Program-made: the position numbers and the translations under genes
From: Bugula neritina
Taxonomy: Eukaryota; Animalia; Bryozoa
NCBI GenBank assembly: GCA_964035545.1
Contig: OZ037766.1
Coordinates: 9,352,722 to 9,416,721, forward strand
Direction: 5' to 3'
DNA length: 64,000 bases
Shown: positions 1-12,836 of the stretch, piece after piece
Position numbering within the stretch: position 1 is the first letter of the stretch
Layout of the letters: each line of letters starts with the position of its first letter
Notes under the pieces: model-generated
What the model was told of the DNA's origin: nothing
Seen by the model: only the letters and a program-made list of their open reading frames with translations
Database searches by the model: none

Positions 1-534
1 TAAAACGTGTACTCTAAGTCTAACTATTACTATTACTATTAGTATTAGTATAATAGTAATAGTGTAACTATAAGTATTACTATGTCTATTGCTATTAGTA
101 TTACTACTAGCTTTAGTATAAAATTTATTTAAAATAAATATTTGGGCAGTAGTAATAACATTATTGTAAATATTATAGTGAAAACAACAAAGAGAAAACT
201 CACAATGTGAAGAGTTTGTGTAGCTGATTTTTATAACATAGACCACCAATTAGTAGTTTTATTATCATCATATTGACATGCTATAATATCATAATATGCT
301 GTAATATTATTTACTATGATTAATATGCATGCTCAAAGCATACAATTACTGCTTACACCATATGTTTAATATGATATTGCTGTTTCTTTAAAGATTATAC
401 ACTTTATATGCATCTGAACTTGTAAATGTTAAACTATGGTATTTGCTATTTTTAATCTTATATAAATTTAAGGGTTTGTTTTCAAACTCCTGATGCACTG
501 TTGTAGTTTTAGAGGTTGATAAGCAAATGTGAAC

Positions 535-3500
535 ATGACTAGTCTTTCACTCATACCAAGCAAAGGCTATTTTAGGTCATCTGTACCTGAATGGGGCACT
601 AATAAAGCTACAGAAAAAGTGCCATTATGGAGTGCCAAGTGTCCTACTTGGCATCAAAGGTGAATTAAATGTTAATAATATAGCCTACATTCATAATAAT
701 ACATCAATTTGTAAATACCAATTGATTTTGAAATATAAAGGTACCAAATATATTATATGTGTCATGGTTTTTAATAATTGCAATGTAAATTTATTTGCAA
801 AAGAACTGCAAACTGAACAAAAGTATTTTAGGAATTGTTTACTTCAAGTTAGTAAAAATTAATCAAACTTCTATATTATAGCCATTTCACTAACATAACA
901 ACTGCTCTGCACTTGCAATATATAATATGTAGTTTAATTTAAAGTACAACTCGCCAATCAATAACAGAGTAATTTACAACAAAGTAATTCTCAACTTTCC
1001 TTGCTGTAAAACACACTGCTGTCATTTAAATCTTCATTGTTATCATTAAAGCTTTTGTTTACAAATTCCACATCACCTAAATGAGTAAGGATATGTAATT
1101 GATTGTGTCAACCTTTCACACAAAAAAGCAAAGGAGACTTTTCTAGGCTTCCCCAAAGCATATTGTGCCATCCTGAGTGTTCAATAGATCAAACTACTTG
1201 TTATTTAAATTTATTATAATGTGCTTTGAGCAAGAATCAATTAAGCTTTTAAAAGATATTATCATTGTTATGACTTCAGGGATGGGCATTCATTATTGTT
1301 GATTAACAATTCACTGTTTTTCACATATGCAATCCCACTCTACCTTTTCTATATTGATTTTATATGTTGACAAATTTCATATGCAAATGCATACACTGCT
1401 TAGTCGTATGATTGTGAGTTTGTCCCAATTAATATGGTTCAAAGATGACAAAGCACAACCTTTGGTGATGGTAGAAAATTGCTTTTTACCAATACCTTTA
1501 GATATTATTGTTCAAGAGCATCTATTGTATTTTTCTGATTCAGTTTTTACAATACTATTTTTCAAAAAAAGAATGTATATGGTGGTTGTTATAGTGTTAT
1601 ATTGATTTCAGTGGAGAACCTATTGAGCAGTTCTATGATTTAACACAGCTGAAGAAAAGCAATGTTAGACTCAATGATCAATTGTGAGTACACAATATTC
1701 TACTAAATGGTCAAAGGAAAAGTCATAGCTTGTCTATTTATTTCTAGTACTTTACTAGTTTATTTTGCATTATATTTAACACAGTGCCAATAATCTTCTA
1801 TATTTCTTCATGGTTGCTAAATATTTTAGATTACCAAAGCCTCAAGAAAGCACCCTAGGGTAAGTTTATGTGTATAGATTTTATGCTATGACGCATACAT
1901 GCATTCATACACATGCACACGCTCACAAATTGCTTAAGCCACACACACTTATCATCATAATTATATTTTTTCAGGGATAAGATGATACATTTGCCATTTC
2001 CTGCAGAGCATCCATATGCCTCTCATGTACCTCGGCTTAAAATGTTTCCATCTTTTGCGAACACAGCAGAGGATCCCAAGAAAGGATGTGAGGCTCTAAA
2101 TAGCCAGCCTCTGTCATCTGAGGCCCCTGCTTCAAGCTTTGATGTTCAAATTGTGCATAAGACAAAAGGTTTGTACAACAAGATTTTAACTGTTGTGTTT
2201 TAAAATAGATTCATCAATATACCATCAAAAATATCACATACCATTGTTTTAATTACGGATTACATATACCTATTTAAATGTAATTTAAACCATCTCTTCA
2301 TGATTAAGTAACATTTTCACACAAATCAAAAATGTATTTTTTGCTTCTATTTAAAAGATCTTGTATATGTTGCTAGTATAAATTCAGATTACACATCTTT
2401 GATTAAGAAACTGCCTGCAGAAAATTTTGTTATTATTAAAGCTGAATTTAGTATTTGTTTCTTTTAAGTCTTTATTAGAAATTGTTGAAAATATATTATA
2501 GTGTATAATCGTGCATAATTTGCTAAAACAACATCATTTTTAGTTTTCAACCATAATGCAATGTTCTAAATTTTGCCTGTATAAGTCATGCATGTATTAA
2601 ACATCAAACTAATTAACAGTTAATGATTATATATACTTTATATCTAAATTATATATACATTATGGATAAATTGTGTATAAATTATATACACATTACATAT
2701 ACACCAAATATACTTATTTAGTATTATTAATCAGGCACAGGGGATCGGCACGAAATTCAATCATTGCCTCCAGAAAGCTTGAAAAGAGGTTTGAGTTGGC
2801 ATGGCGAGCAAGGGTTCCCTCATACAGTGAAGGTGAGTGCTGAGCCTAGACCACTAAGTTAAAATTTGATTAAATATAACTATTTGGTGTTTGAAAAGAT
2901 TCATTGGAAGTTGATGCAGTGCCTAGTTTTATACCCATTCATGTAGAAGTTGAACTTGCATGCCCAAGCCAATTTACAGTTTCTCAAATCTGCCATTGAT
3001 ATTTTATAACAAACACTTACACTAACGACTCGTTCTATAATCTAGTATTATTATTAACTTCAAGTTTAGGTAATTGCCACTCATGATAAGCAATTGGCAT
3101 GCTGTTATAGGCTTCCAACTCTCTCACCCAACTCTTTTGTTTCTTAAGTTTATTGGTCAGGAAAACTAAACTTTTTCATTTCTCTTAGAAAATTCCAGAA
3201 ATATAGAAATTATTTTCACTTATCTCTACCCTGTTCTGTTCAAGTTACAGAGAAATACAGAAACTATACTAAAATCTAAATAACTATGTTTTTCATTTAA
3301 AGATTCGAGGAGACAAGCAGTCCTACTACCCAACGCCGACTTCGCTTGTGGTGCCAAACTTGCTACAAAGGCAGGGGACAGAACAAGCTATTTCTGCCAG
3401 ATCTGCAAATGCCACTCGAAATGTTGAGCGACAGCAATGGAAAACAACTTATGATGTAAATCACACTGGAATCGGTCCTAGCAATCAGTTTAAGCTTGAC

Positions 3501-6500
3501 AACTTGACAGAAAAACAACAGTATAAGATTGAAACTGGGAAAGATGACGATGAAATAGTGAGTAATTAAAGTTTGCGGCATTACGTTTATGATCAGAAAT
3601 GCATAATATATTGCCGTAAAAGTCTATAAAAGCTACTAGATATTTTATCTTAGTGTGTGTTTTAGTGTTTTAAAAAGTAAAAATCACATAATATGTGTGT
3701 CATGCAAATCAATTAAATATCAAATGCTCAAAAAGCATGATCCAACTTTTGATTTTACCATCATCGGTTGCCACACTAAATAAAATATACATAAAATTCA
3801 TTGATTGGTTGCAGGTGAAAAGAAGTTAAAATTACCTAGCTGAATATATGTTTAATAGGCATAAAATATGTTAAGAAAGTTTCATGGTGATAATATTATC
3901 ATCTGGAGTCAGCTGATATGCCAGCCTAGAAATAAAATAGAAATATACTATTAATTAAATGAATGTCATTCACCATTTTAATATCTCATGTGTTATGTAG
4001 CACATAGATTATAAATATGTATTTGTAAAGTCTGGAGCAACACTTTATGTATGAAGTTAGTTTAGTGATGCATCTTTCTTTCAGTATCCATGGTTCAAGA
4101 ACACCTACGAGCCCTCTAGGCCTCAAGAGGGTAGAATAGCAGTACTTCAAAATTTTAACTATGGAGTACCAACTTCTAAGGGAGCAGCACAACCCGATAC
4201 GGGATACATAAGGTAAAAAAATTCATTGTTGTTCAGTCATATACGATGCTTCATAATGCTCGTTGAAAACAATTAATTTTTGAAACAGTTGAAGTGTTTG
4301 AAAATTAACTCTGTATTTGTGGTCATCAGCCATATGGCTCAATATCTTCTGCCGTACAAAGAAATATATTGTATATTTGGCAAGTTAATTGTGTTTTGAT
4401 GGAACATTTTGTCCAATCTTTTAATTGCATAATTATATTTCATTTAGAAAACCTACTCTAACTGAAAAGGAAGAAGATAGATTGCTCAACGGCAAAAGTT
4501 ATGTCAACTTACCAACACCAGAGGATGGGAAAGATGTTCAATGGCAGGAATGGTCAGCAATGCATGACCCAACTGAAAGATTTACATCTCTCGTAGAAAA
4601 GCAAATGAGGTAAATTATCTTATATATCTTGAGCAAATTAACATTGTTCTAGTTAGAATTTTTAAAATCTGCTGTTAATAAAGCAAAAAGAGTACGCCTC
4701 TGATTTATAAAAAGTACAACTGAACAAAAGAGGTTTGCAATTTTTCTAATCATGCATTTGTTTTCAATGAGGCAGTATTATGATAATATTATTGTTTCAT
4801 AAAAATAGTTTTTATAAGCTTAATTGCTTGCATGCCGTAGTATAGCAATATACTACATAGAATTGAGTGGGTTTTATATAATATCTAAAGTAATTTAATA
4901 TTGCTTCGTCTTATAAATTTAAAAAAAGGAGCCTACCATTGCTGCTAATAATAGTAGTAGTATAAAGTTGTTTTATAAACAATAAATTTAGCATTTTAAA
5001 ATAAACTCAAATAAAATTATGTCATATTATTTTGCTAAATGTTAATATTAATATTACAGAGATGCTCCAAATCCGTTGCCTGTTATTGAGCGAGGCACCA
5101 GCATTTTGAATAATGAAAACAAATCTTACATGGACAACTTAGCAGAGCAAGCACACGATAATGTTCAACAAATGGAAGCTCAAAATAGATGGCAGCAATT
5201 GGAAGCAATGGTAAAATTATATAATTTAATATTCTGCATTCTCTTAAACAAACAAAAAATGCAGATAGAATTTAATCACCAAGTGCTTATCTTGTTTCAA
5301 CAATAAAACTAGTATATGAGGGAGTTTTCATGATGCTGATATATATGGCATTATAGTAATGTATAAATACGATGCAGTTAAAACACTTGAGTAAAATGTA
5401 ATGCTGTTAATTGGTTTTTTTTCTTCAGAAACCGGCTCATTCTATTGATCTGCTAAAAAGGAAGGAGGGAATTTGCACTCCAGAAGAACAAGTTTCTGCC
5501 TTTTACGGCCACGAAGGAAAATATAATGAAGAGCGAGCAGGGTTGTACCAAACAAGTTATGACCCGGAGAAGTTGGCTTACAAGCTGAATAGTGATGCAT
5601 CTAAGCTTGACATCCGCAACAATGTAACATCAGCCAAGGACGCCTTACATTATCCAACAGAACTTAATGGTTATGTTGACGGAATTAAACCCAATATTCA
5701 AACTGACCCACAAAATGTTCCTATGCTTAGTGAGAGACCAGACATATTTGAGGTTTTTGAGCCTTTCAAAAGGGACAGATACATCAGGCAGCAACAACTT
5801 CAACCAAATATACAGAATTCTAGAGCAAGAGTTCAAGAGGGAGATGTCATTCTTACCAAATCTACAATGGGAGCTGATTACAACACTCAAAAATTTTTGC
5901 AAGAAAAGATTTTGAACCCCTTTGCAAGGAGTGAAGCACTAGCCGTGATGTCCTCCCAAAATCAACAGTTGGCAAACGTTGCTGCTAATGCTAAAAGTCT
6001 GTTTTCGTCAAAGCAAGTCAAGTTTGACAATCAAGTTACCGTAGGTGAAGGAGCAGGAGCAAGCCCCTTGAAAATATCTAGGGCTCATATTGAAACACCA
6101 AAACTTATTTTACAAACACCACAAGCTGTAGAGCCACAGTTAAACGTCCCAGCATTCTTTGAGAAAAAATCTAGTACTTGTACTAATTACACATCAATGA
6201 AAAAAGCGTCATCTACCTTTCGCAGTGAGAAAAAACCAGATTATTTATCAGGCCTTACAGACACAGAAAAACTGTTTTTTAGCCAAGGCAAACCATCAAC
6301 TGCTGGCACGAAAAACTTGTTTGCTAGTAATGCTAGCAATCTGGGCATAGGAGCAACTTCTTACAACATGTACCAAACATCTGCCTATGAAAGTCAGTTT
6401 AATCCACAACTAGATCTGTCTAAAACATTGAATCGAAGTCATGGTTGGGAACCAGGATGTGGCATACCTCGGCCTCAAAGCAAACTTCTCAAACTGCAAA

Positions 6501-6652
6501 ACAGTTTCAGCAAAAGCCAAGCTCATCGAGATTTGAGAACAAGTTTTCCCGAGAAGAACCCCAGTCTGATTGATAACATTACCCATGGTAAAAAGCACAA
6601 TTTTGGCTACTTTAATTCTCAAGTCCTGCGAGGTACATTAGTCAATGCCTAA
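535..6652 (+). CDS. SPMIP4: Multi-exon C7orf31/SPMIP4-like protein (sperm microtubule inner protein family)
   Basis: Spliced exons give EPIEQFYDLTQLKKSNVRLNDQL, PFPAEHPYASHVPRLKMFPSF, NVERQQWKTTY..HTGIGPSNQFKLD and the C-terminus GWEPGCGIPRPQSKLLKLQNSFSKS...GKKHNFGYFNS. These match, in order, blocks I recall from human C7orf31. The ATG at 535 is inferred; the stop at 6652 is from the ORF track. Confidence 0.82.
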
Positions 6653-8129
6653 TTGCTATGCACCCTACACAACATTTAAAATTTGTTGTCAGCAAACAAG
6701 ACAGCTAAGCGCATTTCAACTTGTGTTGACAATGCAGAAATGTATAAATAATGAGTTCTTAGCTAATATCTGTTACTACTTTTTAATACGTAAACATTTA
6801 TTTTATAGCTTGATTTCATATCCCCATGTTTTATGCATTGAAACTAATATAATGCAATTTCTTGTTTTAATGCATTGTGAGAATATATTTTCTTGTTTTT
6901 AGTGTTATATGTTGCTTATGCAATATTTATTGCTCAAGCCATGTTATGGTTTTTTTTCTGATATTTGCTCAAATACTTCACTACTGTCCTGCTTGCAGTT
7001 ACTTGTCCAACTTTTATTTTCTTTAAAATACACTAAAACACCAACACGTCTATGTTTATAATACTTTGAATATCCTAGCAAACAAGCTTGCAACTTACTG
7101 CTTTCTAATAGCAGAATTAAATAAGTAGGGAGGAATTAGGTTGAAACTGGACCAATTAATCATTTTGCATGTTAGAACAATTTCAGAATTATCTTCCCTT
7201 TTCGGTTTTGATCTGAAATAATCATCTTGTGCATTGGGCAATTAAGAGATAAGTGTGCAAGGCTAACAATGGTAGTGTTTCTTGAAAAATGTGGCGCAAT
7301 AAGCTTATGCTAAAAGAAGCAATTAAAATGTCTCCTAACTAGAGTGAGCAACTTGAGTCAACAGCAATAGTATATTTTCACTAAAGTAGCAAGACTAAAT
7401 CCTAACATAAAATGGCTATCCATATCAATACTTTGATAAGCAATGCACCAAAAATTAATGTAACTACTTCTCTTTAATAAAATTTTTATGAACCATTTGG
7501 AGAAGAACTCAATACCTGCACCAATCTACATTATTCAACTAAATTAGGCATGATCAAATTAATACCCTACTGAAAGGTGTCACCCACTATTATACACAGT
7601 ACAAATAGTACTCGAAAAATGTACATGTGATATTTATTTGTTGTATTGTAACATTGTCAAAACTTAGAGACATGGCAAATGAAATAAAAAAACTAAAATA
7701 CAGTAAACCTTTATAAATTATTAGAATGCCTAAAAAGCACCAATATCAGATAATATACTATAATAACTTCAATCATCAAAAATAGAGCAATTGCTAGGAA
7801 GTTGAAGAGCTATAAACATAATCATATTCTTAATATTAAATGGTACAAGTTGCCAAAAATGAGTAAAAATAAACAATTCAAACAAATAGCTCAAATACAA
7901 GTGTGTGTGTAAACCCACAATTTTACTTAAACTAGAATGAAACCAATACTGAGACATGAATAATTTAAATGCACTGTTGGAGTAAAAAATATAACTTGTA
8001 GCAAATATTGATCAAAATAGTGGTCACAGTTGATTTGCCCTGATCACATGCCAATAGAGAGCTGTATTATTTGCACACATGTATTGCCATGGGCTATCTT
8101 CAGTGATAACTGTACCATAGTTTACCACT

Positions 8130-9597
8130 TCATGAGGAACGTAGCTTAGCAATATTTTCAGTGCTGCAATTAATATCATTTTCTTCATCATCGCTGAATG
8201 TGACAGTAAAATTAAGATCAGGCTTATTCATTGGCTTTCCAGAAATGCCAGCATAAATACGTTCTTCCACAAGTTCTTCCATCAAGTTCCTCAAATTCTT
8301 TTTAGTTTTTCGATTAGAATCTGGCAAAGACTCCTGTTTTGGTACAGCAACAGGACTCTTTGGAGTTTGCATAAAAATTATATCAGAGAGTGAAGGAGTA
8401 TGTTCTTTTGGGAAATCTGCAAGAGCCTTTGCCAAATCATTTGAAATATAATTAGCTAAACTAGAAGACCTAAGGCGACTGTTAGCACTAGAGGAGCTTA
8501 CTACCGATGCATCTATTGAGCTAGTGCTGCATTCGGTTTTACAAGCTCCAGTAGAGGAAGGCTTATAACTCGAGAAATTTTGCTTTGGCACTTTTAGCTG
8601 CCTGTTCTCATTACCAAATGTACCACTAGAGCTGCTTTCTTTATGACGTAAATCTCGCAAAGAAGAAAATGACTTGCTATCATACGAATAACACTTAGGG
8701 CTATGAGAAGTTTTGATCGGTGAAGAATCAGACTTGGTAGTAGCTTGCAAATTTGCAAAGCTTGTAGTACTATCGCAACATTGGAAAGAAGTGTTGCTGT
8801 TGGGTAGAGTCGAGCTGTCAAAGTGTTTTGCATTTTGAAATGTTGGCAAACTTGAGGCTTTAGAAGTTGAAGGATTATTGTACACAGCATGAGATTCTGT
8901 ATTATAATGAGTTTGCAAACAGTGAGCAGATAGGAATTCATTGGTGGGAAAAGCTAAGCTACATTTCGAACAAATAAAGTGATACAAATGTGAATGCACT
9001 GAAATATGAGCATTTAAATGATAGGAGGAGCGTAATTCCTTGCAACAATGACAGCAGGATAACCCATTTTTACCACTGTCATGTCTGCTAAAGTGAGCGG
9101 AAAACACGGGCTTCTGGTGTAAACCACATTGAAATCCACAAAATATGCAGTGCAATCGCTGCAAGTTGTCAGGGTTCAATGCTTTCTTATCAGCTAGCTT
9201 TTCAACTGAGAAATTTCTGCCAATGGCAGGCGAGGATTTGGCGAGTAAACTCCTATTTATGGAACTTGCAGGGTGACAGGTGAACCCATCTATATCTGCT
9301 GACCCTTTGTCTAAAAACCAAAAACATCTTGGCAAATAATTAAAATGTATCAAACTGCTATAGTAATAGCAGTAATATATAGCAAAATGTGGCTGAAATT
9401 AATCAAGCGGCTTATTTATATACATATTGAATGCTGAGTGAATAGTAACAGAAAGGTATATTACCAATAGATGAACTCGAAGTTGAAACAGTACCAACGG
9501 ATGAGCATTTTTTCACAGAAAGATCTAAAGGAACATCATCTGTATTGATTCTTAAGTCTAGAGGCTCATCCATAACCAGAGATTCATACTTTAACAT
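8130..9597 (-). CDS. C2H2 zinc-finger protein (3 fingers) with two N-terminal CtBP-type motifs (PLDLR, PLDLS)
   Basis: Exon 1 MLKYESLVMDEPLDLRINTDDVPLDLSVKK splices (donor G|GTAAT near 9464, acceptor TTTTAG|AC at 9310) in frame to the 8130..9353 ORF. That ORF contains CIFC..HFSRH, CCHC..HISVH and CSKC..HCLQTH, followed by a Ser-rich tail. Confidence 0.78.
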
Positions 9598-10139
9598 AAG
9601 CTAATGTTGTTGCAAGTAAATAGCCTAAAATTGATAAAAACTTGTTTTATTTTAAAATAACTAAATGCAAAATTATAACTTCTGTATTAAAACTTCACAT
9701 TAGACTAAAACATAAATAGCAATATTATATTTATTTATTATAGTCAAGCACACCATCTAACACCTAAACAGCAGCTTGATTATTTAGAAGTATTTGTAAT
9801 TTGAAGAGAGTATCTTAGCCAACAGACAAAGATATTAGCTATAGCATGCAGGTATGACAAAAGATAGATAGACTATGAAGACAAGATGCAACTTGTTACA
9901 ATATTCATTAGACAATTTCTACTACATTACACTTGCCATTTGAAAATACTACAAATCCACAGTGAAAGAGAGAATTTCATTATAAAAACGTGATTTGTCA
10001 TTTTACATTTTAGAGTTCATTTTATAATTTAGTGAATATTTTTAGTGTTCTGCTTTGGAAATTTTTTGTTTGATTTTTGGTTACAAAATTGGTAGTTATC
10101 AAAACTAGTAGTTCTATGGGTTTATCTAGCTCTACTTCT

Positions 10140-12430
10140 ACTTCTAGGATGATTCGATTGCATTACATCTTGATTTAGTTTTACTAGCACTAGCACTAAC
10201 CATAGCTGTAGAGCTTGAGTAAGACTTAGACCAAGACTCTTAGTAAGAGTATGCTTATTTAATATTTAGTTATTACTATTACTATTAGTATTAGTATAAT
10301 TATATGTGTAACATTAACTACTACTAGTATTAGTAGTACTTATACTATCACTATAAGTATAACTATATTCTATAAGTATAAGATTAAGTATAACTTATAA
10401 CTACTAACACTAACAGTAACTAGTATTACATTTACTATAACTATAAGTATAAGTATAACTATCACTATGGTCTATGAGTATGAGTATTATTTATATTATA
10501 ATTATTAAATTTAAATTATATAGTAGAATGATATTTACAATATTGTTATTAATTACGACAACATGAACATAAATAAGAACATTATAATATAAATATAACT
10601 ATAACTATAAGCTTAGCTGCTACTGCTTACCATAACCATAGGCATACTCATACTGAAAACAACAAAACAATCACCATAACCATTACAGTTACACTTACTA
10701 GCATTAGTCATTCACTCATTTAGTCATTAGTCATTACTCATTACTGATATTTATACTGATAGTGATAGTCATAGTGATTATAATTATTGGCTGTAAGCCG
10801 AACTCTAAGTCAAAGTGTAAGACCAACTCCAAGGGCAAGTGCAGCTGTAAGCTTAGAGTTAGTCTTACACAAAACAATAAAGATGAAACAGATGCTGCCC
10901 AAAAATCATAACCGAACCAAGTATGACTTAAATCGTATTTTGCATTTAGGTCTTAAACCAACAGTTCTAGCCATTGAACTATAACTAGTGTAACTATTAC
11001 TATAACTATATAAGTATAACTATAAATTTTAGTTTATTCGTTCTAGCGGAGTGGAAGATAACGTGTCAACTGAGCGAGGTTCTAACTTGATGGAGTTGTC
11101 TTTTCGAATGACAAGTTGACCTGTTCAACTTGTGCTCCTAATAAGCTAAAATGAGATATAATTATAACTATTCCATTTCGGTGAGCTAGATTTTGGCTTG
11201 TGCAAGACTGATCGTGACATGCTGTGGTCAATTAATAGAATGAAAACTAATTTAATTATTATAATAATATTTATAATGGTTATATTTAAAGATCATATTG
11301 ATATGATAATGATACTCATAGTGATACCGTTCACTGTTCGAATCTGATTTCCTCTTACTCTTAGAGTTAGTGTTGGAATCCTCATGTCAAAGTAAATCAA
11401 AATACTTGAAGTTGATGATTAAATTTAAACTAAAACTTTAGTCATTGACTTTGAGTTTGACATTAAATTTAATCTTATACTTACTCTTAGTAATACTAAT
11501 AGTAATACTATCAGTATTACATTTACTATTAGTATTAGAAAGTCTAAGTGTATAACTATAAGTACAACTATCAGTATCACTAATAAGTAATTTAGAATTA
11601 GTATTACATTTACTATTACTATTAGTATTAGTATTACATTAACATTTTCATTTTGATTTAGTTTTACACTATGACTATGACTATGAGTATCAGTATGAGT
11701 ATCAGTATGACTATTACATTGACTATTAATATTATACTTAGTATTACTATTACTATTAGTAAAACTAAAAGTAAATCAAAATCAAAATGTAATTTAGTAT
11801 AACAGTAGAGGCAAGTGTAACTATAACATTAGTGTAAGTATTACTATTAGTAATAGTATTAGTAGTACAACTATAACTACTATAAGTATACGTATTACTA
11901 TTACTATTAGTATTAATACTAATAGTTTATTAGTATAACTACATTACTATTAGTATTAATAATAGTAATAGTAATACTCATACTGTAATACTAACAGTAA
12001 TAGTAATACTAATAGTTGTACTAAGTCTAATGTGTTAGTCTAATAGTAATACTAATGCTAATAGTAATACTAATTATTTTACCTTTGAATACCGTCGAAG
12101 ACATAGAACACTTGGAAACACTCATGGTTATAGAAGTACCTCATTTGTTTTACAGTGTAGACTAGTGGTACTGGTTAGGTGGTAATGGTGTTGATTTTTT
12201 ATATAGACCCTAATGGTTCTTAGTGAGAAACTACCATGGTATGCTTGTGAGTTTGCATATAATTATAGATGTTAGTTCACTGCGAGCAGCAGACCTGGTG
12301 GTATTACTATTATATTTAATACTAATCATAATACTGTAATAGTAAGAGACTAATACTAAGTCTAACTCTAACTTAAAATGAGGCCTGTGGTGGATCAGAT
12401 CACTACAGGCCTCACTTAGTCTTACTAACA
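10140..12430. promoter_or_regulatory. Divergent promoter interval (zinc-finger gene / PBDC1) filled with 3/6-bp periodic tracts
   Basis: Lies between head-to-head genes. AGTATT/ACTATT/AATACT/AATAGT/AGTATG hexamer tracts surround short CpG-containing unique blocks (about 11040-11240 and 12080-12230). Confidence 0.65.
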
Positions 12431-12708
12431 TTAGCTGTCTAAGATAGTACTTTTAATTTTAGTCTTGCAGTCACAGTTTACAGTAGCATAGGTAGCAGTT
12501 AGAGTAGGCACATGCATATAGAAATAAACTTAGATTGTAAAATGGAGTACGGATGGTGATAGATGCACTAAGATTAAGGTGTTAGAGATATAGATATACA
12601 TGTAGCTAGGAAAGTAAGGCAAAAACTCAAAATTCATTGACGATGACGAACTGAGTGAAATTTTTAGAGTTGAAATTACCCCCTAAAAGTCGAGTTTTTC
12701 CCCTCCCT

Positions 12709-12725
12709 CAGGTTGGGAACCACTG
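12709..12725 (-). mobile_element. Solitary hAT-like terminal inverted repeat
   Basis: The reverse complement reads CAGTGGTTCCCAACCTG, a typical hAT terminus. No partner end was found. Confidence 0.35.
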
Positions 12726-12836
12726 AACTATGAGCTTCAGTGCTCTGCCTTATTTTCAGGAATATGATTATAAACTGGACCTTTAATAGTGTATTTTTGT
12801 TATTTAATCATAGATTGACTGCCAATATAGCAAAGG

